A stretch of DNA of 64,000 nucleotides from Epiperipatus broadwayi. Its lineage: Eukaryota > Animalia > Onychophora. Shown piece after piece: positions 1 to 13,484 of this stretch. Positions within the stretch are counted from its first letter, which is position 1. Each line of letters starts with the position of its first letter. The position numbers and the translations under genes were made by a program. The notes under the pieces were generated by a model. The model was not told the origin of the DNA. It searched no databases and was given only the letters and a program-made list of their open reading frames with translations. The stretch is from contig JAQFVV010000005.1 of NCBI GenBank assembly GCA_028023455.1, positions 8,742,001-8,806,000 of the forward strand, given 5' to 3'.

Positions 1-59
1 CATTTTAAATATTTAATGTATGGAATGCCAAATAAAATTTTCCATCGCTAATTTTCTCA

Positions 60-720
60 ATTTTTCTAACTGTACCCTCACATTAGTAGAAACTTTGATA
101 ATTGAAGTGTATATAATATTTACATTAAATAATTATCAATAAAAGTGTCACAAAAATAATAAATTTTATTAAATACAATAAATAATAATTTTAAAATAAA
201 TTATTTTATGTATCTTATGATAATTTTTAAAATGGCTGTGAAGTTTTGATATAGTGGTATGTGCAACTGAGAAATTAAATGTGTGGTCCAAAAAAAATGT
301 AATTATATTTACATAATAAAATTTTATCTTGGATTACCAAAACTATAATTTTAAAAACAAAGCAAAACTCTCCATACAAGAGGTAGTGATCATGTGATGC
401 TTAATGGCAAAACTATAATTCTATTTCTGTAGTTTGTATTTCAATATGTAGGCCATGACACAATTTTATTTCTTGTAATTGTACCCTCATATTAGTAGAA
501 ACTTTAATAATTAAAATATATTTATGTAATACTTATATGAAAATAATTATCAATGGCAGTCTCACAAAAGGGATGTTTTATTCAATACAATAATAATTTT
601 AAAGTAAATTACTTTATATTTCTTATGTGATAATTTTTAAAATGGCTATGAAGTTTTAATATACTGGATTGTGCAAGTGAGAAATTAAATACATGGTCTA
701 AGCAAAATTTAATTATTTTA
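60..720. repeat. Diverged tandem duplication, period about 409 bp
   Basis: TGTACCCTCA(C/T)ATTAGTAGAAACTTT starts at 71 and 480, and similarity continues through TTTTAAAATGGCT..GAAGTTTT and GAGAAATTAAAT. Shares motifs with 16545-17255. Confidence 0.85.
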
Positions 721-1295
721 AATTATATTTATACAATAACACTCTAAATTGATTTATTAAAAAGTATAATTCTCTCCATTTATGTAGTGTGTATATCAAC
801 CTGACAGTTATAACATTTTTAATCAGTATTGTTCTTTTTTTGCACTTTTATGACATCATTGATGCATTTATATTGCAAATTACTAATGTTTTTAAAATAA
901 TTAAATACTATAAAGCAAAAATTCATAGCCTATGAAATTCTCCACACAAAAAAAGGAAAAATTGTGCAAGATTCATCAATATTGGTGAAATATTTGTTGA
1001 GTTATAAAGTAACAAACAAACAAAACTTAAGTTGCAAGGAAATCAAGTCATATATCACATGATCTAATTTTATACACTTGTATTATAAATGTTATATATT
1101 GAGCATATCAATATTGCTAAAACTATTAATATATGGTGTATCTGAATTTGGTTCAGTCCCATATGGCTATTTAAGTTAGCTGGATTTGAAGACATGGATG
1201 TCTGAAAATTTAAGATTTTCTACTTAATAGTTAAACATTAGATAAAGTGCTGGCTTGACCTGGTATTTTAAATCTAACACAGAAATATCCTAGCA

Positions 1296-1334
1296 CCTCA
1301 TTGATGACAGCCAGAGCTAGAAGCTAGTTTGAGG
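1296..1334 (+). ncRNA. Type I hammerhead ribozyme motif A1 (degenerate)
   Basis: CCTCA TTGATGA C-AGC-CAGA-GCT-A GAAG CTAG TT TGAGG. Stem I CCTCA/TGAGG is extended by CAGAAATATCCTA/TAGGGATATTCTG. The core carries C3>U and A15.1>G. Confidence 0.7.
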
Positions 1335-1667
1335 ATAGGGATATTCTGAAAAGCTTGTTAATATTGGTGGGCTCATTATATAATGTTTGTAGTGCAAGCT
1401 TATAAAATTAGGTCATTGGATGTATGACTTGATTCTCTTGCAATTATTGTTTTTGCTCTTAAAGCTTTGGCAATTTTCTATTGCTAAAGCTATTAATATA
1501 TGGTGTATCTGAACTTGGTTCAATCCCATATGGCTATTTAAGTTAGATAGCTGGATTTGAAGATATATGGATATCTAAAATTTTTACATTTTATATATAA
1601 TACTTGAACATTAGATAAAGTACTGGGCTTGACTTAGTATTTTAAATCTAAAGCTAGAATATCATAG

Positions 1668-1708
1668 TCCTCACTGACAACAGCCAGAGCTAGAAACTGC
1701 TCTGAGGA
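1668..1708 (+). ncRNA. Type I hammerhead ribozyme motif A2 (degenerate)
   Basis: TCCTCA CTGACAA C-AGC-CAGA-GCT-A GAAA CTGC TC TGAGGA. Stem I is a perfect 6 bp; G8>A; the stem III palindrome is damaged. Confidence 0.7.
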
Positions 1709-4399
1709 TAGGGATATTTTGAAAATCTTGTTAAGAACTATTGGCAAGCTCATTATATAATATAAAACTTTAAGTTAGTTGAATTTGATCACAATCTTTT
1801 TTTTGACTCTTAATAAACTTATATCAAAAATTATTCTGAATTACTTCTTTTATAATTCCTATTCTCACTAAGATTGCTGATTTCTTATGGTTTTAATTTT
1901 TTTTTTTTTTTTTTTAATGTTCAATTTGCAAATTTTTTCAGTTTGTTCAAAAAGTTAAGTTACTGTATATGTGGTTTTAGTTGATTAATCAGTCCTTGTT
2001 TTTTTCTTTTAAGGAGAGATTCAATTTAAATTTGATCATTACAAATATTCTTTTCTGGATAGAGATCACTTGTGTGATTATATAATAAGGGACTGTAATA
2101 AAAAATATTTTTTGGTTATTCAAGTTCTACTTTGATTTTGGCCTGACCCAGTGCTAATAATTTATTTTAATATATTAAAATTAACATTATACCTTGTAAT
2201 AATAAATTTCTTACAATATTAAGAAATAAACTTAATCATTAGGAAACTGACTATCAAAGTTGTCAAAATAAACTAATCCCCATATACTTTTTATAGACTA
2301 TGTAGTCACATTCCTTATTCATGTCATTTAGTTACACTAAGGAATTGAATTAATTAATTTCTGGAATCTACTCTTTTATTTCAAGTTAAATATAAAAATC
2401 CAATTGTGATTGAAGAAAACAATTATTTTGGCGCTTTTTAGTAAATAAAAGCATTTTTTTATATTTTACACAAATATATAGTATTTTTTTAACTTTATAG
2501 TATTTACACAATAAACAAAAGCATTATTATAAATTATTTTATATATATATTTAATTTTTTAGCATGCAAATATTTTTTGTAATTATTTAAAACAAAGAGT
2601 AAAAACATCATTGGAGCCATACATTTTAAAGCAAATACAGGGCATTAAAAATTAATTCCAATATTATTTTAATTATGAAAGAAGCATTTTAAAAATGGAA
2701 TTTTACAATCAAGAGAAAATAAAATTTCATCCATTTAAAAAAAAAACAACTTTTACAATAAATTAAAAGTAAGATTTGTTTTTTTCTATTTTAATTGATT
2801 GTTAAAACTTTTTAGTTTAACTTTTTAAAATAAAAGCTTTTAAAAAAGTATACAGCCCTTTTATGCACACCACTGAAAACTTAGTGAACTAATATCAACA
2901 CATTCAAAATTTGCTCTGCCAAATTCTCTACAGTAAACAAATCAGGGACCAACCTGAAATATTTCATTGTCATATTTTTTATTAGTATCATTTTCTAATA
3001 TATGTACAAAATTTTAAGGAAATCCATTGGATAGAAGCTTATTAAATCCCCATTACAAATTTTATCCTAAACAAATAAACAGTTTTGTTTTAAAAGAAAA
3101 ACTGTATAAAACTAAGTAACTTTAATTCCTCCTGGCTTTTAAAAATATGATAAAATTATCTGAAATTAAATAACCTTACTCTCTTTTTGTCTCTGTAAAA
3201 CAATAACTACAATTACTGTTACTAAAAATAAATAATCTTTTTCTGTCTTCTCAACATTTTATTATACTGATCAAATTGTCTAAAAAATGATACTCATCAA
3301 AATATCACTCATAAAAAAAATACATGTGCATCTTTTCTCATTCTTGTTATGAAAATAATTGGTGAAATGAACAAGGTAATTGATATTCTTGAAATTAAGC
3401 TTTTGACTTATCTAAATAAGATTATATCAATCATTTGCTTGGGACATTTTGAAACTGCAGCACATGTGATTGCACTGTGAACTAAAAAATCAAATTTGAT
3501 TGTTTTAATTTGTCTTAATATTTTTTCTATTTGCATGTCATTAGAATGGCCATTATTGAAAATAGAGCACAACTCCATGTTCTTTTACTAAAAAGGATTT
3601 TCATACAATTTTAATTATAATAGATTTAACTTTTAAATAAATTAAAATATGCAGTTTTTAATTAATTTTCAAAACTGATTACAGTTTTTATATTTATAAT
3701 GACATCCTGTAAGTTATTAATAAAAACAGTGATAATTGAATTATTGCAAGTCTTATAGTATTTGACTGGAATGTTTTATCATTTTGGTGCTTAAATTGCA
3801 TGCATGACCCTTTAAGCAACTGATCTGTTGCTGAATAAATAAGTTAATATTATCAAACATGTTTTCTAAATATTATTTGCCAGTGTTTAGTTGAAATATT
3901 ATTGTATTTTGCACAATATTGAATTTATAACTGCAGGGTTATAAAATATATGCAAAAAGCAATATTATAATTGATTAATATTATGCCCTATAGTTTAATT
4001 AAGTGATAAGAATGGCAAATTCAATAGCTGTATATTTCTGGATTGATTGCCATGAGAAAAATAAAATATATATTTAAAAACCTCAATTTTAATACTTTAA
4101 CAGAACTGCATTTCAAATGTAAATTCAAGCCATGAATCACTGTAGTTATTATAATACTGTTATATATATTTTTGAAATAAATGTTTTTCAATTATTTATT
4201 TATTTATTGCAAGACACAATACAGTATTACTATTCTCAATGCAACAAACATCTGCATTAGGAAAAATAATTCTATATCTATTCTACTCCAGAAGCATCTA
4301 ATGTGCATTTGAGTAATCAGTGTACATATGATGGTAGTATCCAGTTTATTAATGAACAAGTTGTGTTTGATTTAATGAAACAAACATAGAAATTAATAA

Positions 4400-5790
4400 T
4401 GAATATTAAATTATTGATCTTAACATTATCATTATTTTCAATTATTATTGATCTACTACAATGAAAGTCCAAGTTTAATCTAATTTCTCCTATTCTCAAC
4501 TTCTCTTTTTCACATCAACAAATTTATTTATTTAATCCTTCTCATATGTTATCTGTTTTTATTTTTTCTTATAATCTTTTAGAATCCAATTTAAAATTTT
4601 AACTGTTAATCTATTATTATCTTTTTTAGTCATATCTCTATCCAGCTCCATTTCACTTCCATAGTTCTTTCATAATCTCCTTGATATCCAACAGTTCTCT
4701 CTCACTTATTCTGTTTTTGATCTTTTCTTATTACTTTCAACATAATTCATTGATTGGTCTGAACTCTTATATTGCTTTTCTGTTAAACGTTTAAGTTTCA
4801 GATCCGTAAATAAGAATTGGTAAAATATATTAAAATCCCTTTCCTTTCAACATTATATATATTTTCTTTTTATACTAAATTACTTTTTCATAAAAACACC
4901 TTTCAAGTCTAATTCTATGATTAATTTCATCAATAATGTTTCCATGTATATGAATAATCTTAACAAAGTTATTTTTAATGATTAACTTCTAATTCTTGAT
5001 TATTAACCTTTTTTTTTCTGAGAAAATCCATTGAACATTAATGTTTATATCATTTATTCATATCCTACTTGTTTTTTACTTTCATATAATTCTTGCAACA
5101 TAAAGCTACATACATGTAAAGGATTAGTTGCAAAATGACCACATCATCTGCAAATCTAAATAATTTAAATTATCTCCATATATGTTTATTTCTTAGTTAA
5201 TACACAAAATACTTTTTTTAAAACTAAGGTTTAAAAATTTGAAATCACCCTGTCATACAATCATATCATTGCTAATCTTTTTAGTATTATGCAATATAAT
5301 CATTGCTGTTGAATTTTGATATTTTTTTAGAATATGACAATTACCTGGATGTATATATCTTAATGAATTGGGACGTTAATTATTATGGACACACTTGTAG
5401 ATTTAAACGTATTTTTATAATTTACAAATCTGAACCCTAATGGAAACTCATATTCATTGATCCTTTTTGTAACTTCTTAATACTTGGATATGATCTACCA
5501 TGCCAAAACTGTTTTTAAATCCAGTTTGTTTTTTCACTTTATTTGAGTCTAAATTTCACTTTAGACAAGTTGTAATCATTTTGCTAAAGATTTCCTGTAA
5601 AATTGATAGAAGATTAATGGTTCTGTAATTTTTAATATCATCTTTATCACCTTTCTTAAATATTAATATGACAATTGCATGTTTGCAATCATCTGGTATA
5701 TCTTCATTTAGACATTGGGTGTATAGTTTCGTGATCAATTTTTCTATTTTTTCATCTTTTAAGATATAGATAATAATTTTACCATTTTCT
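4400..5790 (-). mobile_element. Decayed RTE-clade non-LTR retrotransposon (RT region to 3' end)
   Basis: ORF 5556-5906 encodes CKHAIVILIFKKGDKDDIKNYRTINLLSILQEIFSKMITTCL, the RT entry motif. Downstream minus-strand sequence is collinear with the RTE copy at 37805-39130 but has many stops. Confidence 0.85.
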
Positions 5791-7129
5791 ATAATTTTTC
5801 CATTTCTTAACAGATTAAATTGCTTTTCATTTAAAATGCTTGAAAATTCAGAAGACATTGTAATTGTAGGGACTACTTTAAGTTTTTGTAGAAATCTTCC
5901 ACACATTCCATAATTATTAAATCAGACAGTAATATTAATTTTTACTAATTATTGACTACAATATTCTCACAAATATAACTGATTTTATTATAAGATAAAA
6001 ATTATTAACTTATTTATTGACAGTGCAAATAATCATTGAAAGGAATTGCAAAGTTATTAAAAATTTATGTATTATAATTTGTTGTATGAGATTATGCATG
6101 GGCAAAATGCCCATTAAATTTTTGTTTAAAAATTTTAATTACATCACTTTATATATATATAGTGCAGCCTTTCTATTTGGCTACATTACTTTATGGATAT
6201 GAATAATAGTCAATTTTTACAGAAATTTTAAATATACCACAATTATAACATTATTTAATATGTTAAATAGATTAAGATACACTATTTTCAATATTAAAAT
6301 TAAGTTGAAATATAAAATGCCATTTATTTTAAGATAAAAGTGTATAATTATTATAATATAATTTTATATCAGTAATCTGAATGATTAAAGTTAATATTTT
6401 GAAATTACTATCAGTAATTTTAAAATTACTATTTAATTATTTTTTTAATTATTTAATAATGATGAAATAAATGCAATCTGAAATGTGTGCTAATATGTGT
6501 GCAAACACATTTATATTACAATTTATTGAATTTTACTTTCTTTTCCTAATAATAAACAATTTTGAAGTATAAATTATTTACTTCTTGTATAAATGTTTTG
6601 TTAATGTTATTTTTAATTAATTGTCTAGAGTTTCTTTTCTTGTTATGTCCAAGTCATTACACATTATCCTAGCCACACATGCATTAAGATAATTAAATGT
6701 ATTTGGATATTATTGCACATAATTTAAAATAGAATAATGAACAATAAGCATATTGTTATTATTAAAGATAATTTATCTTCAATATAAAAATTGAATAATG
6801 CCTATTTTATTTGACTCAATGGTTCTAGTAAATATTGCTGTTTAAAATGCCATATGAAAATAAAAATGATTAGATATAAAACATAATATTAAGGGATGAT
6901 TTAAAATTTATTTATAATAATAAATAGTAATTATTATTAGTTCATAATTTTAATTTAGTTTTAGGTTAGATTACAAGTAAATTAATTAATGAGTTTAAAT
7001 GGAAGGATTAGTGAGTATAGTTGTTTTCTTGTTATTTTTTTATTTAGCTAGATGTATGTAAAATCCCTCATTACATGTAGTTTTATCAATTAAGGTATTT
7101 ATTTTAAAAATAATAATAATCTGAGATTG

Positions 7130-7470
7130 TAATTGTATTATAAAATATTATTCAAAGAGAGTTAAAATTATTTTATAAAATAAAAGAATATAAAATAGTT
7201 TGATAGTTCAAATTAATTTTAAATGTTAATGTTAAATATAATTTATTTTCTTACATGTGAGACATGGAAGTCTCACCAATATTTTAGGGAAGTAGTGTGT
7301 AGTGATATTCCCATGCCATTGTGGATATAGCTGTTGGTGTATTCTTAATGTTAAAAAATATGAGTACCTTACTGATGCTTTGAATCATGTGTCTCATGTT
7401 TTTTTGTAAAAGAGATAAAACTATTTGTTAGTGCAATTTATGAGAAGGCTGAGCTAATAGTTATTGGTAG
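7130..7470 (+). mobile_element. Possible PLE C-terminal / GIY-YIG endonuclease relic
   Basis: Manual translation gives KYYSKRVKIIL*NKRI and VVIFPCHCGYS...LTDALNHVSHVF, resembling the PLE IPC.CG..Y.G and H....H.F pattern. Disrupted. Confidence 0.4.
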
Positions 7471-7589
7471 TTATTAGTTTGATAAGGGTAAAGTATATAT
7501 TATAATACATTATTATTTATACCTTTATTCTTAGCTTATTTAAAAATATTAATACATTTTATTTTTTGCCCATTTATATTATATTCTTC

Positions 7590-8241
7590 AAGCAAAAAGA
7601 AACAATGTTTATCCATGTGTACTTTAACTTTCTCAATATACTGACATTTCATCATTAAACACATTTGCAGACTTGTATCTTCTTTCAAACAAATCACACC
7701 AGTTTTAAGTTATTTAAATTCTGAAATAGCCAGTTCCCATGAATTTTCATATGAAATCACTTTAGATTTATGATTTGATTTGTTTTATAATTTCATCAGC
7801 AATTTTACTTTTACTATTAATCATTTTCAACAGCTGCAATTAACTCTAAATTATAATCTTCCCAAACACTAGCAACATATTTAGCTCCTTGACTCAATAG
7901 ATTATTTCTGAATCATATGTATCTTTTTATCTGATAAATTCATGAAATTCATATCATAAGTTTGTGAATATTATTTATTAAATAAAAAAAAAAAATTTTT
8001 TTTTTAATTTTTCATGTAATTTAAATTCAAGTAATTTAAAACTATTTTGACTAATAATTTTATATTCATTCCAAGCACACCATTCATTTAAAGCTAATAT
8101 ATGTTCAATTGCTTTAAAATATTTCCAAATATTAAAAAGTTCTTTTTTACATTTCCTAACTACCTCATTTAAAATTATTGACTTTATTTTATTAATACAT
8201 TTTGCCATTAAATTTACATCACTGTTCAATTTTATCATCAT
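7590..8241 (-). mobile_element. PLE ORF N-terminal / pre-RT relic
   Basis: Translates to KKELFNIWKYFKAIEHILALNEW...KLKKKF, then LLSQGAKYVASVWEDYNLELIAAVE and GVICLKEDTS..CLMMKCQYIEKV. These resemble the PLE L..GL.F...IA.+E and KADKG..V+M....Y..K motifs. Inverted homolog at 9293-9985. Confidence 0.6.
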
Positions 8242-8261
8242 TTAATATTAAGTATTGAATG

Positions 8262-8604
8262 TCTTTAGAAAATTTCCAAATTACACAATGTTTTGAAAAA
8301 TATTCTTTCTTCAGGTGTTGCTGGCCTGACTAGTGACAATTCTAACAGGGGAATAGAGTGTTGACCTTGAGATTCTTGAGTATTGAATTTTAAGGTAACA
8401 CATTTGGCAGGATGGCTTAATTAGTTAAAGCTTTACTTTAATATGTAATACTCAAGCATCTCGTGGTCCATGTTCGATTCCCATGCTAATATTGTCACTA
8501 ATCAGGCCAGCAATTGAAGAAGAGAGGAGAATATTTTTTCTCAAAACATTGGGTGCATATACTAACTTATAATAGTCTAATGTAATTTGGAAATTTAAAT
8601 AAAG
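8262..8604. mobile_element. Two head-to-head copies of a tRNA-derived SINE (fold-back)
   Basis: Plus copy from about 8404 has an A-box-like TGGCTTAATTAG and B-box-like GTTCGATTC, then ATTGTCACTAATCAGGCCAGCAA. Segment 8262-8395 is its reverse complement. Same family at 39435-39600. Confidence 0.7.
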
Positions 8605-9292
8605 TTAAATTGTTCACTTTTACATTGCAACAATTTTGAAAATCATGATAAATTTTACATTCCTTGAAAAAGGAAGTTTGCATTTAAGCTTAATAACTTT
8701 TACATTGCTTCTGCCACTCCTTAACTAGTTATCCATCATGTTTTAACATTAGTTAAATCCATAATATTAAAAGTAAATGTAATACAAATAAAATGTTTGT
8801 TATTTAATAAATATTGTAATAACAATACAAAAATAAATATAATAGTGATTACTAATTATATACTCTTATAATACGTAGAAGTATTTTCAGTTAATCACTT
8901 AACTCTTTTCAACTGCCATTTAAATTCAAAAATGTAACCAAAACAAATGTCATCAACTCAAATCCCAGGATATCTGAATTTTAATGTTGGCAACTTGTCT
9001 ATTACTTATATTTATTTTATTTCTATTTATGAAATTTCCCCCTTTAATTTTTCTTTTATTATGGTTTCCTTCTTCATGAAGAATCAACATTTTCAGGATC
9101 AAAATTAAATTTATATTTCATGATCTAAAAACACTGAAGCTGTCATTACTTCTGTGAATTGTAAGACTGTACAATTGTTAATCACCATTATATTTACTAT
9201 TTTTATTGTTATTACAATATGTATTAAGTAATAGACATTTTATTTGTAGTACATTAATTTTTAATACTATGGATTTAAGTGACATTAAGAAA

Positions 9293-9985
9293 TAAGATGT
9301 ATAGTTAAGGAGTTGTGGAAGTAATGTAAAAAAGCTATTAAGCTGAAATACAAACTTAACTATTCAATTTTACGTTGCAACAACAATCCTTGAAAAAACA
9401 GTGTAAATTTAATATCTAAATATGTTGATTAGATGAAATCAATAATTTTAAATGATGTAGTTAAGAAATATGTAAAAAAAGAACTTTTTAATATTCGGAA
9501 GTATTTTAAAACAATTGAACATTTAATAGTTTTAAATGAATGGTATGCTTGGAATTAATGTTAATTTGTTTGTCAAAATGGTTTTAAAGTATTCAAATTA
9601 CAAAATAAATTTGAGAAGAAAATTATTTTTTTATCAGATATAAGAATACATATGATTCAGAAATATGTATTAAATCATGGAGCTAAATATGTTAGTGTTG
9701 CTTGGGAAGATTATAATTTGGAGTTAATTGCAGCTGTTCACAAATTGTTTGAAGTGATTGGTTGTGAAATTCATATTGCTGATGAAATTTAAAAAGAAAA
9801 TCAATAGTCATAAGTTTATTAAAGTGATTTCATATGAAAATTCATGGGAACTGACCATTTTGAAATTTAAACAGAAGCTTAAAACTGTTAATATGATTTG
9901 TTTGAAAGAAGGTAATGGTCTGCAGATGTGTTTAATGATGAAAGTTCAGTATATTGAGAAATTACAATTGGATAAACATGTTTTT
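9293..9985 (+). mobile_element. PLE ORF N-terminal / pre-RT relic
   Basis: One broken frame reads KAIKLKYKLNYSILRC...KKELFNIRKYFKTIEHLIVLNEW, then KYVLNHGAKYVSVAWEDYNLELIAAV and NMICLKEGNG..CLMMKVQYIEKL (ORF 9758-10054). Confidence 0.6.
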
Positions 9986-11697
9986 TTTTTTTGGATTGAA
10001 GAATATAATATGACTGGGCAAAGAATAAAATTTATTAACTATATATATATATAAACTTGTAAAGAATTAATTATGTAGCCAATACACAAACAAATAAACA
10101 ATACATTATATTGTCATTGTCATATGCTTTCTAGATAGAGAATTTTGTTCATCCAATAATATTACTTTTACTATGTAAGAGAGTGATCTGAATATTTCAA
10201 ACATTCTAAGTTTTCAAATTTAAGGGTATTTATTTTATATATATCTACTTAATTTTTTTCTATAAATGATTTTTGCATATGCGATTAACTGTATATTCAT
10301 ATTATATTACTGAATGAAGAAAATATTTTTTAAATTATATGCAATTAAAAAAATATATGATTGATTGAAAGTTGTCATCTTATTAATTTAATCACTAATA
10401 ATTATTAATGATATTTCTATCTATATTAATCATTACTTGTTGTCTCAATCTGTCCATTTTCACTTATTGTTATTACTCATGTGGAATTAATAACAATGTT
10501 GAATCATTGTGAGCCTTTCATGCTATCACTCATCTTTCTGCAACATCTGTGATAACTGAATTGTGTGTTACTGCAACTATGTTTTAATCTATTAATTATA
10601 TACATAGCTTTTATTTTTAATATGTGACACTATTAACTTGAGCAATAATTTTCTTCTTATCAGAACAATTTATTGTTCAATATAATCACATGGTGAGATG
10701 GGGGCTAAGTTATGCTTCATTAAAAAATTGCATGTTAAAATAAATTTTTAATAAAAATGTTTAATTAAATTTTTGTAAATTAATAAGCCTAACTGATGTG
10801 GGCACTATGTTTCTATTATGTCTTTTTAAAAGTTTCTAATTGCTCTATTTAATATGATTTTTATCACTTTTCTAAGAAATGATAACTGAAAAGTATATCT
10901 TAGTTTATAAATAGATTTCTGCTAGGAAAATGGAAAGGATGGTGGAAGTAGGACAATCTTTAAACAAATTGTGATATGAGCAAATGAAAATGTTAATGAC
11001 TTCTCAGCAAAGAAGAGGAAAGTTAGAAATATCCAAAGTTAATTGATATGAACTTAGCAAAGAAAAATTGAAGACAATAAATTTAAAAAAAAAACACCTT
11101 TGTATATAAAAATGAGGGGGCAAAAAACAAATTAAATAAGAAAGAAAAAAAACTATAAATATTAAAATTAATAAATATTAATTTGCATTTCAATATTTAA
11201 GTTTCCAGCAACATGGGAGAATAGTAATTAAGTGAGAAAGTTTTAAAAGTTGTATTGTTAAATTATTACTACCAGATTTTTTAATTAATCAAATCCGTTA
11301 ATTTAGCATAGCTATGAAGTCAAAATTATTGGATTGATGATATTGCATTTGCCCATGAAGGAATTATGTTTGAGAATAATGTAAACTAATATTAATTTAA
11401 AACTTATTCATACTTTAAATATGAAGAAAAATTAAAAAATTAACTATTTACAAAACTCCAACATTCTTTAAGCTATGAAATTGCTATTCAACTCATGCAG
11501 AAACATGCATGCAGGAGAAACATTAATGTTTTGCAATACTGCATTAAGATATAAATGCTGAGTAAGGAGTGGATACTTAGTATTAATATGAAAAGGAAGA
11601 AAGAAGAATAGTTAAAATATATCAACACAAATATATTTTTAGGTTTAATATTAACTTTAATCTCTTTATGTAAGGTTAACAATTAAGATCTCGAGTA

Positions 11698-12410
11698 GTT
11701 TCCCTTCAACTCTACAGAGACCTTATAGCCTCCATACTAAATGACAAAAAGCCTTCCTTATCTACTCTCATTGACAATATACTGTGTGGATCCATCCTAG
11801 AGATATGCTTGTTATGGTCTACCTGGTGCTGGCTCACCTTTAATCATGCACTGGAGTGCCTTCTTGATTTATACATTGACAAAATGGAAAAAATTCGGAA
11901 AAGGGACCAGAATTTGCCCCCCTCCTACATCTATGATGCCACATGGAACCTAATTCATTTGCCTCCCTAAGGCGGATCCCTTTCATACCTGAATACATAT
12001 CTCCTATCATGGAAATGATTAGTATTATTATTTTAATTAAAAGAACAAACAAATAGAAAGTACTTATTGTTAAATAAGAAATGAGACTTTTCCTATAGTA
12101 AAGAAATATATTGTTACTTTGAATTTAAAATAAAGAAAATTTGATTAAAACAAAAACAAAAAACTTTTACATAAGTAAATCTACAATTACAGATTACTCA
12201 TGTAACCAAAGCAAAACAAACTATGTAAAACCATGTAACTAATCCACAGTATGTAAAAATTCCTGTAATCCAGTGTAAAATAATAAATCAACTTTTATAA
12301 ATATAAACCTACAACTACGGATTGCCTATGTAAACTCAACAATCCATACTATGTAAACTCTTGTAACCCTTTAAGACAAATAAAGCTTATCATTATAAAA
12401 AAAAAAAAAA
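11698..12410 (+). mobile_element. Young 5'-truncated poly(A) retroposon, probably the 3' end of an L1/Tx1-clade LINE
   Basis: 13-bp TSD AAGATCTCGAGTA at 11685-11697 and 12409-12421, with TT|AAGA at the insertion point. Stop-free frame 11698-11970 (VSLQLYRD...ICLLWSTWCWLTFNH...YDATWNLIHLPP*). AATAAA at 12379 and poly(A) at 12397-12410. Confidence 0.75.
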
Positions 12411-13484
12411 GATCTCGAGTAAATATTTTTCACAGGAAGAATTAAAATAGTAACATCAAGTCTACACTATCAAGCCTCCAAAAGAGTTCTCTTATGAAAA
12501 TTAATGAAGCTGAAAGTGCAATAGGTTTTATGACAATACTTAAGAGAATACATTATATTAGATATGTTATATTTAATAATTATAAGATGTATTTTTATGC
12601 TAATGCAATGACACTAGGAACATTGGTCATGGAATTTGCAAAGGAAATTGACCCAATGAATATGTATTTAAACTATTTGACAGTAGCAAATGAATTAAGA
12701 TATATAAACACTATTAAGTTTGGAATCTTATACCATATTCGACCAAGATAAAATACAAATTAGCAAATTAAAAATTTATGAGACTACATAACTGGTATAT
12801 AAAACACCATTATATACAATAAATAAATACTTAAATTTTATTTTTTTCCTGAATCAATTTTAAAAAATCTACTATTTCATCTATTTAATTATAGCAATTT
12901 TCAATTGTTAGTATGTAAATTATTAATAATACATCTAAATCATGTTTACATTATGCATACTTAACTGTATATAATTATAATACATCAAAAATAAATAATA
13001 TCTGATGGTTTTTCTCCTTGATAGTGATTATAATTTAATAGGTGAAATAGTGAGTTAATTCTTTTTTTAAGTTAATTCTGTAATAAATTAAACTTTTATA
13101 AGAATTGATGTAATTTATTTATTGAAATATACTAGATCAAGTTAACAAGAAAGTATTTGAAGAAATCTCTATTTATTTTAGTATATATTTATAAATGCTA
13201 CACAAATCATAATTAAATAAATAGCTGAAATTAAATTACAAATCCACTAGCAATGGTTTTTCTGTTAAGGCAGCCTTCTCAATTGCAAAGTAACAAACAC
13301 AAAATGTATTTGTCTTAATTACTCTGCTTTTGAAAAGTTTGCCTCAGGCATGAAAACCATGGATAGTAGTATTATAACTTAATTTTATTTAATTGAGAAT
13401 TGGTATTCTTAGCTTAATGTATTGACTAGTTTAGCTTTTGGCATTTTATATATATAAATATATATGTAGTGATACAGAAGGAAA

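Larger units (their letters stand above)
1113..1760 (+). mobile_element. Hammerhead-bearing non-coding repeat, family A, tandem dimer (retrozyme or PLE pseudo-LTR-like), period about 370 bp
   Basis: ATTGCTAAA.CTATTAATATATGGTGTATCTGAA starts at 1113 and 1480. Each unit carries a hammerhead motif (cores at 1301 and 1674). A third family member lies at 53790-54130. Confidence 0.75.

Noticed and set aside
8404-8490. tRNA gene (also 39440-39520 and 27630-27680)
   Set aside because: A and B boxes are present but there is no cloverleaf. The first two continue into a shared repeat body and are SINE heads.
12494-12751. 85-aa ORF as a host gene
   Set aside because: No recognisable domain, AT-rich composition and no convincing exon structure. 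It is left unassigned, as are the other short ORFs in the track.
13320-13372. Possible tenth hammerhead (TTGAAAA GTTTGCC-TCA-GGCAT GAAA ACCATGG)
   Set aside because: It resembles A3 in stems II and III, but the core has two substitutions, the cleavage triplet is unclear and no family flanks are recognisable. It is at most a relic.
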